Source: Eledone cirrhosa (taxonomy: Eukaryota). Taken from it: a DNA stretch of 64,000 nucleotides. The stretch spans positions 335,048,001 through 335,112,000 of the forward strand of contig OZ024742.1 in NCBI GenBank assembly GCA_964016885.1. The letters run 5' to 3'. The position numbers and the translations under genes are program-made. The first letter of the stretch is position 1. Each line of letters starts with the position of its first letter. Positions 61,428 to 64,000 of the stretch are shown piece after piece. The notes beneath the pieces were generated by a model, which saw only the letters and a program-made list of their open reading frames with translations, ran no database searches and had not been told where the DNA came from.

Positions 61428-61692
61428 TTGGTTAGGGTGTTCGACTGACGATCATAAGGTCAGGAATACGATTCCTGGCAGCACGTTGTGTCCTTGAGCA
61501 AGACATTTATTTCACTTTAATTTACTTCATTCACCTGGCAAAAATGACTGATACCTGTTTTCAAGACTGGCCTTGTCATACATTGTGTCATGCTAAATCT
61601 ATATCTCCCTGAGAATTACGTTAAAGGTACACAAGTATGTGAAATGCTCAGCCACTTACACATTAATTTCACGATGAGGCTATTCGGTTGTT
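61428..61692 (+). mobile_element. SINE family A copy
   Basis: GGTTAGGGTGTTCG…GATCATAAGGT…GTTGTGTCCTTGAGCAAGACA…TCTCCCTGAGAATTACGTTAA…CTCAGCCACTTAC. Confidence 0.8.
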
Positions 61693-61694
61693 CT

Positions 61695-62230
61695 TAATTT
61701 TTTAAACAATCAGAAAACAGGAGTCATGTCTGGAGATTAGGGAACCTAGTGAATGTGCGAAATGCCTTTCTTTACTAAGAAATATTTGACCAGCTTTGAC
61801 GATTAAGCTGAGGCATGTCATAATACAGCTGTTAGTTTCACAAGGCTCACAAATCTGGCACCGAACTGCATCACGAAAACGTTAAAGAAGGGTCTTATAG
61901 TACTTCTTCGTAATTGACTTTCTGGTGTTTCTGGCGCTTCTTGTGCCTTGGTGACTTTGGATGCTTCCACTGTGTTCTTGTTTCCGGGTCAAACCCGTAC
62001 ACCCACGCCTGATCTCTAATTATCGCAGTATTCAGGAATTCATGATCCCTATTGGCAGTATCGGGCGAAATTAAAATGTGACGAGTAAGTAGTATACTAC
62101 TTTATATGCTGGCTCTCTGACAACGACTGACGCATCCAGCACGCTCGTAAAAACACGCATGTGCATGAATGTTTGCGGCTCCACTATACTTCCTATGAGA
62201 AAAAGTTGTGTACTTTTTCGACAGACCTCG
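61695..62230 (-). mobile_element. Decayed, internally deleted mariner (Tc1/mariner) transposon
   Basis: The minus strand gives ANRDHEFLNTAIIRDQAWVYGFDPETRTQWKHPKSPRHKKRQ (mariner TGDE-WVYGYDPE motif), then remnants of KYY…RFRDAVR and SPDM-P. A TIR-like TA|CGAGGTCTGTCGAAAAAGTA ends at 62230-62232. Confidence 0.8.
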
Positions 62231-62508
62231 TACTTATCCAATGAGCCCTTTCCTTATTTAACAGAGGCAATGGAAGCATTTCTGAATCGGGGGGAGGGGG
62301 GGTAAATTTGGTCAATTATTTGTAGTGATTAGTTTAGCTGCTATTATCAAATATCAACCAAGATATAAAATACTTCGATATGCGATAAACATAACATGAA
62401 CATAAACTGTAGCGAATATACAAATAGATGTGTGTTTTGGTAGTTTAGGGAGAAATATATAATTATAGGTGGGCATATACATACATACATATATACATGC
62501 ATGCATAT

Positions 62509-63118
62509 ATGGTGGCTGCCAACTCGTTTTCGAGTACGGCCACTACTTTATATCCATGTAGGAGAACCCCTACCGATGCGCTGAACGAGTGTGACTTTTT
62601 AGTCCAGCCAGCGACTTGAAAACTCTGGTACAAACACTACACTTGTGACAATTATTGACACATAGTGCTGGGCCCAAGGTACCATGTGACGACAAGTGCA
62701 GAGAGATCTCCAGATATAAAGCAATGCCTGTGCCGTGAAGCTTTTATAGTGAGCAAAGGCGCTGCACAAAGCCAGTCCCACTCTCTTAACCAAGATGATA
62801 TTTACCAAAAAGAAGAACAAGTCAACATCATTGGATACCATCAGGGTTGCAGGTGTTATATCAGAGTTTTCCTTCTCCTAGAATTCTGCCTTGACAAAGG
62901 CTAAGGGGTCATCTCTCCCGGTGATTTTGGATGGCCATTGACTCTTAAGAGTTCCTTTGCCCTTTGACAGGTTTTGTTTTTAGTCCTGCAGGATGTCCAA
63001 AGTCACCCTCCTCACCAAGAAACCTTGGTGGAGTTGCCAGTTTAGTCGCCAACGACTCGACAATGGGGCAGGTTGTACTGGAATACATGTTACCAGTAGC
63101 ACCAACTGGTGACCTGAC
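62509..63118 (-). mobile_element. RTE-derived non-autonomous element, copy 5 (full, 610 bp)
   Basis: Reverse complement of 16876-17485, with a (CATA)n tail at 62474-62508. Confidence 0.88.
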
Positions 63119-63290
63119 ATATATATATATATCCATACATACTTATATACATGCATACATACCCGTACATACATATGTTCATACATATAGCGTACATACA
63201 TATGTTCATACATACACAAACATATTCATAGATACACACATACACCCAAACACAAGAATACACACACACACACATACATATACTCATACA

Positions 63291-63324
<34 letters not shown>

Positions 63325-63345
63325 CATACATACATACATACATAC
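63119..63345. repeat. (CATA)n tail/spacer between element copies
   Basis: Directly visible; purest next to copy 6's 3' end. Confidence 0.9.
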
Positions 63346-63973
63346 ATGGTGGCTGCCAACTCGTTTTCGAGTACGGCCACTACTTTATATCCATGTAGGA
63401 AAACCCCTACCGATGCGTTGAACGAGTGTGACTTTTTAGTCCAGCCAGCGACTTGAAAACTCTGGTACAAACACTACACTTGTGACAATTATTGACACAT
63501 AGTGCTGGGCCCATGGTACCATGTGATGACCAGTGCAGAGAGATCTCCAGATATAAAGCAATGCCTGTGCCGTGAAGCTTTTATAGTGAGCAAAGGCACT
63601 GCACAAAGCCAGTCCCACTCTCTTAACCAAGATGATATTTACCAAAAAGTAGAACAAGTCAACATCATTGGATACCATCAGGGTTGCAGGTGTTATATCA
63701 GAGTGTTCCTTCTCCTAGAATTCTGCCTTGACAAAGGCTAAGGGTCATCTCTCCCGGTGATTTTGGATGGCCATTGACTCTTAAGAGCTCCATTGCCCTT
63801 TGACAGGTTTTGTTTTTAGTCCTGCGGGATGTCCAAAGTCACCCTCCTCACCAAGAAACCTTGGAGGGGTTGCCAGTTTAGTCGCCAACGACCCGACCAT
63901 GAGACAAGTTGTACTTGGATACATGTTACCAGTAGCACCAACTGGTGACCTGACACACAACTGGTGACCTGAC
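63346..63973 (-). mobile_element. RTE-derived non-autonomous element, copy 6 (full), with duplicated 5' 16-mer
   Basis: Element at 63346-63954. CAACTGGTGACCTGAC is repeated at 63958-63973, followed by (CATA)n. Confidence 0.88.
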
Positions 63974-64000
63974 ATACATACATATATACATACATGCATA

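Noticed and set aside
62030-62090. Possible + strand exon ending at GTAAGT (62085)
   Set aside because: The sequence is explained as the antisense of a mariner transposase relic.

Overview
Repeat-dominated, AT/GT-rich eukaryotic genomic DNA. The SINE, MITE and LINE families and the (TA)n/(TG)n/(TATG)n density resemble octopus-type cephalopod DNA; this is an inference from repeat motifs. No intact host protein-coding gene is supported, and nearly all long ORFs in the track are artefacts of satellite translation. About 40 kb is tandem repeat: several GGT/GTA-based minisatellites, a ~21 kb 24-bp satellite with kb-scale internal duplications, and an ~11 kb GGTGT/GGTAT pentamer array. There is a 200-N scaffold gap. 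The rest is transposon debris: a 5'-truncated Penelope-like element (RT + GIY-YIG), RTE and CR1/L2-type LINE 3' fragments, a decayed mariner, a TTAA MITE and many tRNA-derived SINEs. Three observations stand out. (1) A ~440 bp fold-back next to the Penelope element carries a minimal hammerhead ribozyme in each arm, one intact and one with a core mutation. (2) A ~610 bp non-autonomous RTE-derived element, with a structured 5' end and the C-terminal C2H2 finger, stacks in tandem inside its own (GTAT)n tails; six copies lie in two clusters. (3) An E2F-like/E-box/CCAAT module is tandemly amplified in the Penelope 3' region.
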